This document shows positions 26,786 to 39,509 of a stretch of DNA of 64,000 nucleotides, one piece after another; positions within the stretch are counted from its first letter, which is position 1; each line of letters starts with the position of its first letter. The notes beneath the pieces were generated by a model. The model did not search any database and had not been told where the DNA came from. It saw nothing but the letters and a program-made list of their open reading frames with translations. Origin of the DNA: Peribolospora baueri (lineage: Eukaryota). The stretch covers positions 1-64,000 of the forward strand of contig JAMDHS010000056.1 in the NCBI GenBank assembly GCA_029717555.1. The letters are read 5' to 3'. A program made the position numbers and the translations under genes.

Positions 26786-29163
26786 ATGACGACGGGCATT
26801 CAGTTCGTGAGAACGCCACGGCTTGACTCGGACGCGGACGCGTCTGGCAGGTCCACCACCCAGTCTGAGCACGAGAACGGCTCCGGCGCAGGGGTGCAAG
26901 AACGATCAACTCTCGAGACGGCATCCCCACAGCCATTGAGGAGGGCTGGGGATTCGGGCGAGGAGGCCATTGACCTGCGCGAGAGAACAGAGGAAGGCAA
27001 TCCGATATCGAGGGGAGAGGACGAGCATGAGCTCACGCTTGCGGCGAGGAGGCGGTGAGTGCGACCTCTTTGGGAGCACACCCTCCGAGTACGACTCCAA
27101 GCACGGTCACCGAAGCCCATTTCCCCGAATGAAAGCTGAGCTGACGACCCAACCTTCACCATCGTCGGGTACGACTTCGCTTTCCCTTACAGCCAAGCCC
27201 TGCTAGCCCTCCTCGCCGCAACAGCGTGCACCTTTACTGGCTGTGGGCTAAACTTCGCCTTCGGAGTGTTCCAGGAGCTCTACGAGGTCGTCGGAGGGCC
27301 GTTTGAGGGCGTCAGCGCTGGAAAGATTGACCTCATCGTGAGCTGACAAGGAAGAAAGCAGCATCTGTGTTTGAAACGGGCACCTATTGTTTGCCCAAAC
27401 TGAGCCGAAGAGGGCATGGTGCCCCTATCCCGTTTTATGCAGGGAACTCTGGCGGTATCGCTCATGACGCTTGGAGCACCCTGGGCGTCCGCATGGACGG
27501 CGCTCTACGGACCAGGCAAGGTGACGGCATGCGGAAGCGTTTTGTTTGCAGCAGGCATGCTGTGCGCGAGTTGGGCGAGCGAGCTTTGGCAATTCTAGTG
27601 AGCTGGAGCGAATGGGTGCAAATCAAGTGCTCGTCGATTTATGCTCATTCGGAGAGCGCCTCTCCATCTCCAAGCTTGACCCAAGGTGTTCTGGTCGGCA
27701 TCGGGACGTGCTTGTCCTACATCCCCGCCGTTACTTGCTGTCCAGGGTGGTATGACAAGCGAAGGGGTCTGGCGATGGGGATCGTTCTCAGTGGTGTGTT
27801 CGTCTTCGTCGATTGGTCCTCTCTCCAACCGAGGCCTCCAGATGCTGACCCGCCCCGTGAACGCCGCACATTTATTCACCCACAGGCACGGGAATCGGTG
27901 GGCTCGTCTGGGCACCGGTCACTCGCACGCTGATATCTCGCTACGGTTTCAGGAACGCTCTTCGCATCTTAGGTTGCGTGGGCCTTGTTCTACTCGGCTG
28001 TGCGGCCAATGTCTTGCGTTGGAGCCCGGAGGCTCTGAGAGCACGGCAGGCCAGCGGACGAGGGACGAGAAGCGCTTTTCTGCCGGTAGACTGGAGGGTG
28101 GCAAAGGGGAGGTTGTTCATGGCGAAGGTGAGCAGAAGAGCTTGGTAACGCTTCTTCTAGGCGGCCTGACGAATGTGTGAACTCAAATTTTTCGATCGAT
28201 AGTCCATTGCGGCCATACTACAAGCAGCAGCGTACTACATGCCGTATGTCAAGCCGTGCATCCGGCCTAGAACGAGGGGGATGTGGCTCTGGCCTGCTTG
28301 TCTGTCAGAGAAAGAAGACGCTGAAGATATGACATTTTTATGCTCCACACGGGAATCCAGGATATATTTCATCTCATCCTACGCCCGACGGTTAGGCATG
28401 AACGCAAGCACAGGCGCTGGTCTGATTGGTCTCAGCAACGGTCTGAGTGCCGGCGGTAAGCGCCCACTTCTTCTTCCAGCTCATTTACCTCGACTTTCCA
28501 TTTTTGCTCATCTGATACGGTGCACACGGTGCTCATAGGGAAGATCGCCCTAGGATGGGTGGCCGATAGATACGGCCGGATCAACACCTTGGCCGTATGC
28601 ACACTGCTCAGCGCAGTGGCCGTCCTCGCATTGTGGGCTCCTGGAAGCGTGGCACAAAGTGCAGCAGCCGAGCGAGGGCTGTTCATCAGCTTTGTGATTT
28701 TGTACGGCGTGACTGCGGGAGGTGAGTCTGGACGTTTGTTCGGGCCCGTTTCTCGACGCCACTCTTATGCGGGTATTTTTATTTCTACTTTTCCCCTAGT
28801 TTATGTATCCTTGTTCCCCACGGTCCTGGTTGAGCTCTTCGGCGTGGTGAGTGGGCGGCAACTCGTCGTCGTCTCACAGCTGGACCTGTCCTGCTGAAAA
28901 ACGCGCCGCTTCTCCTTCTTTCCATTCAGGCGCACTTCGCTTCTATCAACGGCTTCTTATACATGTTACGTGGGATAGGCACACTAACAGGCACTCCGCT
29001 AACGGGTATGCTCATCCGTGGCGGTCGGAAAGCAATGGGCGACCCTGACGGCTTTTTGAGAGCGATTCTCACGACTGGCATCTTGCTAACGGCCGCGACG
29101 GCTGCAGTCGGTTGGGTCAGGTGGGAGATTGTGAGAAGGGACGGGTGTAGGTGGAAAGCCTGA
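26786..29163 (+). CDS. MFS monocarboxylate-transporter-like (MCH family) permease
   Basis: GLNFAFGVFQELY, LTQGVLVGIG, WYDKRRGLAMGIVLSGTGIGG, GKIALGWVADRYGRIN and LFPTVLVELFG. The reading frame is intact across introns. Confidence 0.92.
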
Positions 29164-29284
29164 TGGTGGGACTGGACAGCTCGAATGTCGCCGGTGGACA
29201 ACCAGCCCGCAGGATATACCCATTGATTCGGGTCTGGGTCTCAACGACCATCCGGAGTCTTGTACATCGCAGCCATGGCACGAA

Positions 29285-30897
29285 TCAATCTAAGTTCAGG
29301 CTTCCGTCCTCGCTGACATTACTTGCTGCGCCGCGGGCATGCAGGACCTGGATGGTTGTCCTCCAGAGCATCTCTGCACAAACGGGGTCTCGAACGTACG
29401 GGCCAATCGGCTGCGCGATACGGCCCACGGGTACCAGATGCAGACCACTGAATAGGGAGGGAAACGAAGGGAAGAATTGTACGGGAATGTGAGGAAGGGA
29501 TGACGTGCTGAGAATTTCCGGCCAATGTACAAAGATCTATTACTCACCCCAACTCCTTTTCATCGATCTCGCGGCTCCCGGCAGCATAGAGAGTGTTCCA
29601 ACTCCCATTCCTCTCATCGTTCATTAGCCTGTCCCATAGCCAAGACGCGCCAGGGATGCTCAAGGCCAATTTCACAAACCACATGCCCTGGACCACCCTC
29701 GTATTAATGGAGCCAGGGTGGAGGGAGAGAACACTGATGTTATGGGAGGGGTCGAGGGTTTGGATGAGGCGGGAGAGGCGAGATGCAAAGAGGATGTTTG
29801 CGAGCTGCATGTCATGTGACATTGGTCGGACAATGGGATGGATTCAAAGTCATTAGCATAGGCCGACGTTTTTTTGAAACCAAGCTCAAATAGATGCCTC
29901 TCACTTTAGCTTGAGCGTACATCCCTGAGCCAGACCTCCTAGGATTGTTGATCCTTTCCAAGAGTCCAAAGTTGACCGGCAGTGCTCCAGGCAGGTTCAA
30001 CATCCAGTAAGCATTCGAAGCAACAATGACAATGCGCGCAGAGTTGGGCGCTGACGTGGGCGTGGGCGGGGCGAGTTTGGAGGTTTTGGACAGAAGCGGA
30101 AGGAGGTCGGAAAGCATGGCCGCGTGGCCGAAGTGGGCGGTCGCGCTGTGGGTCGGACGGAAGGAAGAGACCGGCGCAAATCTCTCCTTCAAATCAGTAC
30201 CGAGCCTTTTAACGACTGTTCTACTCGAAGAGATGATCTAGTGAGGGAGAGCTAATTCGCACTCACATCGTTCTTTCAACCCCATCCTCTGACTCTCCGT
30301 ACTCGGCGAAAAACTGTCCCGCGTTAGCGATGAAAATGTCCAGCCTCTTCTCCCTTTTAATAAACTCTTGCGCCGCTTCGGTCGCTCCCCTGATGCTAGC
30401 CAGGTCCGTATGAAGGTACTCGATCTCTCCAGGAGCGGGCAGATCTTGCTTCTTGGTGATCGCAGAAAGGCGAATTCGCATGGATTTCATGGATTCAACG
30501 GCCTTCGACTCCTGAAAGCAATACGAGAAATAAAAGAAAACACGTCATCTGCAATCCTTCCCCACCCCATGTTCTTCGTCGTAAGTTCACGTTGCTCACC
30601 GATCGAGAAGCCATATACACCTTCGCTCCGTGAAGAAGTAGCTGGAAGCAAGTCTCGACTCCAATGCCTGAAAAGTTCGAAGGGTAAATGGATCGATATC
30701 TCTCGTCCAGCTCACGTGGCTCACTGTCTCGCTCACCGCTGTTGCCTCCAGTGACAATGGCCACCTGAAAGCGTTGGAAGTCATGCGTGAGCGCCGAACC
30801 GGTTCGTGTGGGGCCCGGTTTTCTGGAAGGAGCACGAGCGCACTTTGCCAGACAAGTCAGGTAGTTCCTCGGGCGTCCAGCTGCCGCGCGAGAACAT
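29285..30897 (-). CDS. Retinol-dehydrogenase-like short-chain dehydrogenase/reductase
   Basis: LPDLSGKVAIVTGGNSGIG, GAKVYMASRS, LDIFIANAG, HFGH, catalytic YAQAK, LANILF and SLHPG. Multi-exon and intact. Confidence 0.92.
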
Positions 30898-31063
30898 CTT
30901 GAGAGATAAATCGTTACCGTGGAGGTGTTGGATAACCTGCCTTCCCTGCAGCTGTTCCAATGGTATGTGAGATCGATGGAAGGCTGACCTCAACCTCGAC
31001 AAGCCAGATGACGACGAGACGCATGATAGGCTTAGAAAGGATGTGGGACGGATCATCGATCAG

Positions 31064-31096
31064 ATCACGTGCCTTGTACACGTGATGTGGGGTGAT
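31064..31096. promoter_or_regulatory. SREBP-type element cluster: two E-boxes plus a perfect SRE-1
   Basis: ATCACGTG (31064-31071), CACGTGAT (31079-31086) and GTGGGGTGAT (31087-31096, reverse complement ATCACCCCAC), about 170-200 nt upstream of the SDR ATG at 30897. Confidence 0.5.
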
Positions 31097-31356
31097 GTAC
31101 ATCGCTTACACAACACCTCATGGCGCGTCGCCCACCTTTCATCGCCTCTGCGCCCGAGTCCATTGCTTCCCTTGATTGGCAGCCCTAAACTTATCATTGA
31201 TCATCCTCCCCCCAAGAGCTACCCTCTATTCGGGTTACCTCACACTCTAGCGCAATAACCTAGTGCATCGGTACGTCCAGGCAGCTACTTCTATCTGTCA
31301 ATCTTGTCTTGCTGTCAGCATATCGGCGATGAGGGTGAAGCTTTACGGACAGGGCC

Positions 31357-34281
31357 TCAGAACGACTTCTCCGTGGAATCGGATCCCATGGCGGCGGTTG
31401 AGGAGCTGCCAGAGGATACGGCTAAAGGAAAGGGAAAGGATATGGCGCAGTCAGTGGTGAACGAAAGGCCAAGAACCTGAGGGGGGAATGAGCGAGAAAA
31501 CAGTGCGTTAACGCACTTTGGAGCAACTGTGAGAAGGCACATAGAGAATTCGGAGGCGTAGAAAGAGATGAGCATTCTTCTAAAACTGGTCACCCTAGAC
31601 TTCTCTCCAGAGCACTTACCCTGTCGACATAAGCCGCGCCAGACCTTTCCATCGCGTGCAAACAGCAGTACGAGAAGATGAACAAGCCTCAGCGCCAAGC
31701 CATCATTGTACCACGCTATTGGACGCCAGTGACGCTCGTCCCAACGCAAATGGGAGGAGTGACGTGAAGCGACTTACCATTTCTGATGCGTGAGCACGTC
31801 GCATCCAAGCTCCTTCTCCTTGCGCTGGATGAGCTCGACGTAAGCCAACATCCCATCCGTCTTGAAACGAGAAGCGAGTTCGGCTGGTGTCCCAAGCAAG
31901 ATATGAGACCATCACACGAGACAGGGGCCATTCAACGAATGCCAGTTAAGCCGTGTGAGCACGCTTGTTGTGGAAAGAGCAGCAATGATGGAATTGTTCG
32001 TACGCACCCGTGACGGTAGCGGTGCTGTGCAGACCGGCGAGGGAGATAAGCTGGAACACGAAGCCGGACTTTCCGAGGTCCCAGACGAAGTTCTTCAGGT
32101 CGGCGGCTGCATTTCGAAATGGGGGAAGGAGTGGTGGGACAAGGCGAAGAGGCATCAGCATTGAGACGACGGGTGCGGAACCTTGAAATCTCCTCATGGA
32201 CCAGTCGTCGACAGTCTTACTCACCGGAGAAACCATGGCCGCTCCAGTTGAAGCTCGGGCTGAGGTTGTAGACGAGCCACCTACGGGGCGAGATGGGATG
32301 ATATGCCAGAGGCCCCGCGTCAAGCCGAATTCGCTGCAGTCATTGCAGGTGCCTCTAATCTCCCCCCTTCCATCCTTCCCCAAAATCGAAAAACATTCTA
32401 GGACGATCCGTGTAATAGCACTCACTTTCCGGGGAAGTCCTGATGAATGTCTGCAGCAAAGCCTTGAGCTTGCTTTAGGTCCGGCTTCTTCGTCTCGAGC
32501 CAGAGCATGTCAGCGTAGGGTGCGAACAGCTTTACTCGTTTCGTCGCAGCTGGGACGCCACCTTGGAAGTGGAAGTAGCCTTCCTTGGTGCGGGGAGCTG
32601 TGTAGCGGAAACGTGAAAATGAACACACATAAGTGCATAATGGCATAAAACACACTACACCTCCATAGAAGAGAAAAAAAGACATCTGCAAGTCTCACCG
32701 TCCCAATCCCACTGTACGTCCTTGCCGAAGATCTGCTTGGCGATTTGACGAGCCTCGAAATTGGACTTGCCCTTGGCGAGAGATCGATACTTCTCCAATC
32801 CTGCCATGTTGGAGGCGTTAGCGTTGGTGACAGCTATGTCGGGCGTCGATGAGAGTTGAAACGGAAGACGGTGTGTCAGTGATGTGGACCCAGAACCAGA
32901 GATGTCTGTTCAATGCATCGGAAGCAGGAAAGAACGAGGTGCATCGCCACTCACCCTGGTCGAACGTGACCAAATTGACGCTGTCCATCCATTCCTTCTC
33001 CACTGCGTCCACCTCAAAGCCCACCTTCCCTTCCCTCTCCGCCCTCGCAATCGCGTCCGCAAGCGGCTCCTTCCCGGTGTCCTGGATACCGAGGATGAAC
33101 TCATGATCGTTGACATCTACGTTCGAGCTGATGAGCTTGGCGCTTTCCGAGTCGGTGCGCGCTATGAGGAGGTTGGAAGCGCCCATGATGTCCCACTGGA
33201 GACGGGTGGCGATGAGACGGTTGACATGCTCCGACGTCGGGACGAGTACCTTGCCAGCCTGATGACCACACTTCTTCCCACCGTGCAGCTGGTCCTCCAT
33301 GTGGATGCCAGAGGCGCCCTATGGAAAGACCCGGAAAAGACAAGGGAGGGTGAACAGGAGGGTAACGAAGGCACAGAGCGAGGGTGCTCACGCATTCTGC
33401 AAACAGTTTAGCAAGCTTCATGACAGTTGAAATGCCACCGTGTCTAAATAATCCAATCGAACAGGTCAGTCTGGGGCGCGCCCCATGTCCAAGTCGGGGC
33501 CCTTCCATCGCCGGACTCACCCAGTGTCGGCGTCGGCAATAATCGGCTTGATGTAGTCCACGTACGGCGTCTTCTCCCTCTGCTCTTGCGTCATGTTCCA
33601 CCGTTCGTCGTAGTGCTTCTTGTCGTGCATCTGCTGAGCCTTGAACAGCCTCTGCACCTGGTTGGGCACAGTAGTGTAAGGGTAGTCCGCCAGGTCCGGG
33701 CCCACCTCGTTCATGGCCGTTGTAAGGACGCTGGAGCAGGCCCAGCCGGAAACGTAGACCACATCCTGGTGGTATGCCATCTGGCTTTGCTGGACCGGGT
33801 CGATGGCGCCCATAGTGTGTGTGGGCAAGCCCTCTTTTGCCCTGCGAGAGAAAAGCTCGAACAGCTTATCGGCCGTGAGAGAGGAGGGAAGGGGTGTCAC
33901 AGGAAATGACCCGCGCTTGGACACGACGGCAGAAGGGGGATACGGCCGCTTGATGCCCTTGAATCGGGGCGAGTCCCACCACGCTTGCACCTCCTCGCAC
34001 GCCTTGCGGAAATCGGCCGCTTCCTCTGCCGCTGTGGGAGGCGTCAGGAAAAGCCTGGGCGAGGCGGCGGGGGATGAAGCTCGCGAAGCGGAGGAAAAGG
34101 GGGCTTGGGCGTATGACATGCTCTGCGGGCTCGGTGCACCCAGCCGGCCAGGCCTCGATCGCGACGACGCTGAAGAAGCAGAGACAGAAAGCAGGGCGGG
34201 CGCGATCGCCGCGGTGGGCCGAATCAAAGTAGATCTGAACGAAGCCGAGGAACGGGCGAGAGCGACCAGCGGAACGACCAT
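31357..34281 (-). CDS. ICL2: Mitochondrial 2-methylisocitrate lyase (ICL family)
   Basis: Arg/Ser/Ala-rich presequence, [12 protein letters not shown], catalytic [22 protein letters not shown] and QLISLAG (MCL-type L/S, versus QFITLAG in true ICL). Ends [15 protein letters not shown]. Confidence 0.9.
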
Positions 34282-34817
34282 ATTGGTGCGACAGAAATGA
34301 AGAGAGACTTGGTACGTCTGCGAAAGGGGCTTGGGTGGTGATCCGTGACGGGTGAGGGACGATGGCGCGCGTGCTGAAGAGATCCGAACAGGACGGCGCG
34401 ACCAAAAGGATCGGGGGCGCAAGGCGAGACGCTTTGTCGAAAAAGTGATCCACTCAGCGGTGCTGGCTCTACAAGAGCGAGAATGAGGATGTGGACAGAC
34501 GGCAGTGGTGTCGACGTCGACCGACCTCCTCGTCTGTCCATCGACGAACAACCCCGTGCGGCTCTCCCCGGGTCCTCCCCCGCTCGGCCCCGGCATGCCC
34601 TCGTACCCGACCCGGTGGACGACTGTGGGGAGTGGGGCCGCTTAAGGCCGCCAATGGCCGCGACCCTTGCGATGACGACGGTGGAGATGAACGTGTGGTC
34701 GATCTTCTCGTCCTCAAGCAGCGCCGGCGGGCAGGACGGCATCGTCGACGACTTGCACTCGAGCAGGCGACATACATCGTCCCCGGGTCCCTTTCCTTGG
34801 CCTGAGAGACGTCTACC

Positions 34818-36601
34818 ATGCCACCCCAACTGCCCACCGCCTCCTCGCGGAGCCCACGGGAGCACCTTGAGTCCGCTCTGCGCACGTTGCGCTCCCCGCG
34901 AAAGCTACGAGGACTCCTCATGCGCTCCTACGCCCCGAAGATCACCCGCGATCATCACTTCCCGCTCAGGATTCGACCCGCTTTCGTCGTCATCGCCGTC
35001 GTCGTTATGATAGTGCTGGGCTTGCTTGGGTGAGTCTCTGGGGAATTATGGACGGTAGCTAGAGCAGAGGTAGAAGATGGGCGGAACGAGCAGGATGATC
35101 CTGTCCTATTTTTGCCATGGTATTCAGCACCCATGCGACCGCCCTGATTTGACTTGTTCCTGCTCTCTCTCATGGCTAGGTTCCACCCAACGTTGGCCTC
35201 CTCTCTCTACATCAACGATAAGATGCTGCATTTTCTTTGCTTTGGATTGGTGCGTCTTTGGTTCTTTTTGGCTTGGTGGTACGGTGCTCATGTCCATGTC
35301 TGTTCACTATGGGGAACGAGCTGACTCCGGGTGTTTTTGATCGTATCTGCGCTAACCTCCGACCGTGACGCACTCTAGGCCACCGGGGTGTTCTACTTTA
35401 TATTTGACGTAGAAGAGGTGCGTCTTACGATTGGCGTATGCCTGTCTGCATTCCGACAGTCTTTTTCAATCTCACATCGCTCACCTTCGCCAACAACTTT
35501 CCGTTATCGTCTTCTTCCACCACGCCCCGTCCTGCAAACAGTCCGCAAGGCGAATATGGGTATGGCGCCGTGCAGGTCTCATCTTTACCGCCTTTGTGTG
35601 CTTCTTCGTTGGAGGGTTTATCAGCGAGGTCGTTCAAAGCTGGCTTCCCGTGAGCGCCTCGTCACCTTTTCTCCCTTGTCCTCCCCGTTTGCTGTCATCA
35701 CCCAACTCATGCTTTTCTCCCTTGTTCGGCGGCATGCGCTCTCTTGCTCTGTTTGTTCACATGCATATAGTACAAGACCTTTCAGTGGGGCGACGTCCTG
35801 GCCAACCTTCTCGGCTCCTCTATCGGCCTCTTCCTTGCCTATCACCTGGAGTCTCGCTACCGCCAACGCCGAGAGATTGAACGGCTCTACAGGCCTTTGC
35901 GACCGGAGGACGACGATTATTACGATGATCTTTTGGACGAGGCGGAGGAGGGAGAGGCCTACGACGCCGCCGGAGGTGCCGATGGGGGTTCTAGTTGGGG
36001 CAACGCAGGAGCAGGTGGAAGAGGACCAGTGGGAAGGGATTTTGATGCGTTCGCCGTGGACGACGATGATGGGTTCGTGTTCGGAGAGGAAAACGAGCAG
36101 CCTTCCCGGACTTCCAAGGCCGCCAGACTTTCCACAGCAGCATCAGCTTCGGCGCCGACGATGCGAAGTGCGGGCACGGCGGCGTCAACGGGCGCTTCCG
36201 CGTCTGCAGGCGGCTCGGATAAAAAGAAGGGCGGAGGACGAGCGGTACGGTTCGGCGGGGTGTGGCAGGCCGATTCAGACGCTGAGGGCGGGGAGCGGAG
36301 GATATTGATGGGGGACGAGGAGGATCAGGAAGACGAGGGCCCATTTTCCCCTTCCTTCGGAAACGATGTCCGTTTGACCTCTTCTTCATCGTCAGCGATT
36401 TTCCCACCGTCGTCTTCAACTTCGCTCCCTCATCCTTTGACGGATTCTGCGGACGCCCCTGCTCGGACGACAACAGCAGGGCCGTCGAAAGACGAAGAGA
36501 GCGGTCGGGGACGAGGAGCGGGACATGGGGCAGAGCTGTTCCAGATCGACGATGATGTTGCGGATGAGGAAGAAGAGGAAGGAGAAGGAGGAAAGAGATA
36601 G
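34818..36601 (+). CDS. VanZ-like membrane protein with acidic disordered C-tail
   Basis: LRIRPAFVV...LGLLGFHP, NDKMLHF, ISEVVQSWLPYKTFQWGDVLANLLGS. Four introns. Confidence 0.85.
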
Positions 36602-37409
36602 ATCTCGAGCTGCGGTCCATCGAGGTGCTGTGTCGACTTGCCGATGTGTCTGCCTCATACGTATGTAATGCGACCAGGTCGGTTGTCGCGACAATGCTCG
36701 ACACGCTCTGTGCATTTCTGGCCGAGCCGCCCTATTTCGCGAGCGGCAAAGTCCTCGAGAGGAGCTGGCATGAAGTTGGAACTTGGCAGTGACTCTATCT
36801 GCGGACCTCCTCGTCGCCGGCCCCCCTCCTCCTCCGACGACCCCCCCTTGCTCTATTTCCGCAGGATCCAGCGCTTAGAGTCGAACGGTTCCAGCCGATA
36901 GCTGCAGACGCGAGCCATCGTTCAATCATCATGGAATCCCTGGGTCCGTCCGCGACTGCAGCAGCAGCGGCAGTGCTCACCGTCTCTGGACAGAACCTTC
37001 ATCCGATCTGCATTCCGTCGCAGGTTTCGTCTGGCGACGAGTCGACCTATCAATTTAACCTGAGGGAAATCTGCAGATGCGTCTGGGCGTGCGGCAAGGC
37101 GAGGCCAGCCAGGTGGAGAGCAAGGAGCCCCGAGTCTCTCTGGCTGCTGCGACGACTTCAGTACGCGCGCGCCGCGAATCATTCACGCCGGGAGTACGAC
37201 AGCGTGATTGGAAGAGTCATTTCCCAAAAAGCGGACAAGTGGTAAAGTGAGATGATCCTGGATACCCCTTCGGGAACTAAAGCGTTCAATTCACATCGCC
37301 ACATCTGACAGATGCACCTGGCCTCGTCTAATCAAACAGTCAAACCACTCTCTGCCCCTTTCCGCCTCTCTCTGTATTGACTAAATTGGTTTAACGCTCG
37401 AGCCCGGTC

Positions 37410-39277
37410 TCACGTCTTGCTGACGATGGCACCGCCGGTGAGAGTAGAAGGCAACTCCTGCTCGCCAGCGGCCCAGAGGAAGGCGACGCTGCCAATCGTG
37501 ATAGCCAGGAGGCCGATGGCTGAGCCGGCAAGAAGGGTGAAATCGCTTTTGTCGAGGCAAGAAAGGAATTGGAGAGAAAGGGGATGAGGGGCAAAGGGGA
37601 GAGAAATGAAGAGAGACCACGGGAGAAAAGAGAAGTAACTCAGCATTAACAACGATATGCGCTGACGGTCTCAAAAGCAATAGACCAAGAAGTGTGATAC
37701 TCACGCGCTGATATCCTGCTTCTCGCAAGCGGCACCGGACTACATGGGCACACAGAAAGCCGGGGATAGAAAAGAACAATAAGCGCCGGATCGACGAATC
37801 CATATGACACCCAAGGATACATCTTAAAATATGCGGGAAGTAAACAGAGAATCATCACTTACCCATCTCGTCGTCAGCTTGCCGCCGTTTGCAGTGGTGA
37901 CGCCGCACTTGCACTTCCAGCAAATCTTCCCGCCCCTCCTGACCTCCTCTGGCTCCCCCCTGCCGGAGCAGTTTCCAGTTGCTTGCGTGAGGTCCGAGGC
38001 GGAGGCGAAGCACGCTCCGCCGTCGTAACCGATACTGCCGGATGCGGGCACCTGCTTGGATTTGGGCTTGGTGGAGAAGGGCGCCAGGAGGTCCTCCTCG
38101 TACGAGGAGTGCGGGCGGGAGAAGGACTCGACGCGCTTCGACAACCGCGTCCGGTCGCGCTCGGATCGAAGGAGGGAGGAGGAGGGTGTGACGATCAAGA
38201 CGACCTTGGGCTTGCGATGTGACGATGCGCACGTGCCTTTGAAGGTGGTGATCGTGGCCTGAAAGGATAATAGACGGACGAGGACAAACGTAAGGACGGC
38301 ACGCCGACTCGCACTTGACAAAAGGCAAGTCTGACAAAGCTCACCTCGAGCATGCCCTTGAGCGCTTGAGAGGCGGCGCGGTACTGCTCGCTATTCCTTC
38401 CGTACGTTTTCTCGATTTCGCCAAGGCCTTGGAAACGCAGAGCCTGGTATTGAGGAGCTTGTTCCACACTGACCGAAGAGGCAGAGGAGCCCTGTCCGTG
38501 CGTGGTGATCGAGTCAAAGAATTCGGACAGGGACTGGAGCTCGTTACGGAAGCGGGAAGAGGCAGTCGAAGGAGAGAGATCGAAGATGTCAAGGAGGGGC
38601 TTGAACGAGTTACTCTGCTGTTGCTTTTGGGAAGCAACCTTGGACTCAATCCACTGAATCGTCTGTCCCACTTCCGCCTCTACCGCCTCTAGTCCCTGCG
38701 CGAGCTTTTCCGCCCAGCGCCAACCCCATCCGCCGTGAGCGTGAGCGTGGGAGTCAAAGCCGAACAAAGAATGCAGGCGGCTGCCGTACGAGTGGAGGAG
38801 GGCGTCAAACGAGTCGGATGAAGGAGGACGAGAGATGGAGAGAGTGGGACGGCTAGACAGATGATCGTTTGAGGGCACAAAGTCCTCTGGGTGATCGTTG
38901 CCATGGATCATGAACACCAGTCGAGCATCGTCGTCCCGGAACAAGTCCTCGCGCTGTCCCGATTGCTGGCCATCGCGGCCACCATCCTCCTCCTGTCTAA
39001 GCCCCTGGAGCCAGTCCCAGGAGCCTTGGCCTTGAGACCCACTATCCGGAGCAAAGAAGTACTCCCCGGGGACGTTGAGGCGGTGGGACAAGGCGCGATT
39101 CGCCTGCGCGGGCGAGACGGCGATGGGTCGGCTGCTGGAGGCTTGTCGAGGCACGCCCGCACTCGCGCGGCTGGTGGGATAGATGTAGACCGATGCGGTG
39201 TCGGACTCCGCGAGCGAGCCTGGCAAGAGAGCGGCAAGGCCAAGACTGGCGGCGAAAGCGACGGGAAGACCTCGCAT
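37410..39277 (-). CDS. Signal-peptide, single-TM protein with Cys-rich DUF3844 (Vps3844-like) C-terminal domain
   Basis: N-terminal signal sequence, CF...ATGNCSGRG...CWKCKC...WSGAACEKQDISA, a TM helix and ELPSTL. Confidence 0.85.
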
Positions 39278-39509
39278 GACGGCGGTTGTAGATGGTATCT
39301 AGCGACAGAGAGGGACCTCGCATGACGCCGAGGAGCGTGGAGTCGGACGGCGGCGGCGTGCACGTGATCGATACGATCATTCTGTACTCAGCAAGGCCTT
39401 CGCTGCTCACATCGAGGGCCAAAGAGGACACTGACTTGCATCTTCTCTAAATACATGTCCTCGCCTATTCCGCTCCCTGCTCTCCACACTTCCGTCAGAG
39501 GCAAAGACA

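Noticed and set aside
31357..34281. Glyoxylate-cycle isocitrate lyase (ICL1)
   Set aside because: The mitochondrial presequence and the QLISLAG signature indicate methylisocitrate lyase.
37805..37825. GTATCCTT U12-type donor on the - strand in the DUF3844 gene
   Set aside because: It lies in the middle of a normal GTAAGT...TAG intron that already gives the correct frame.
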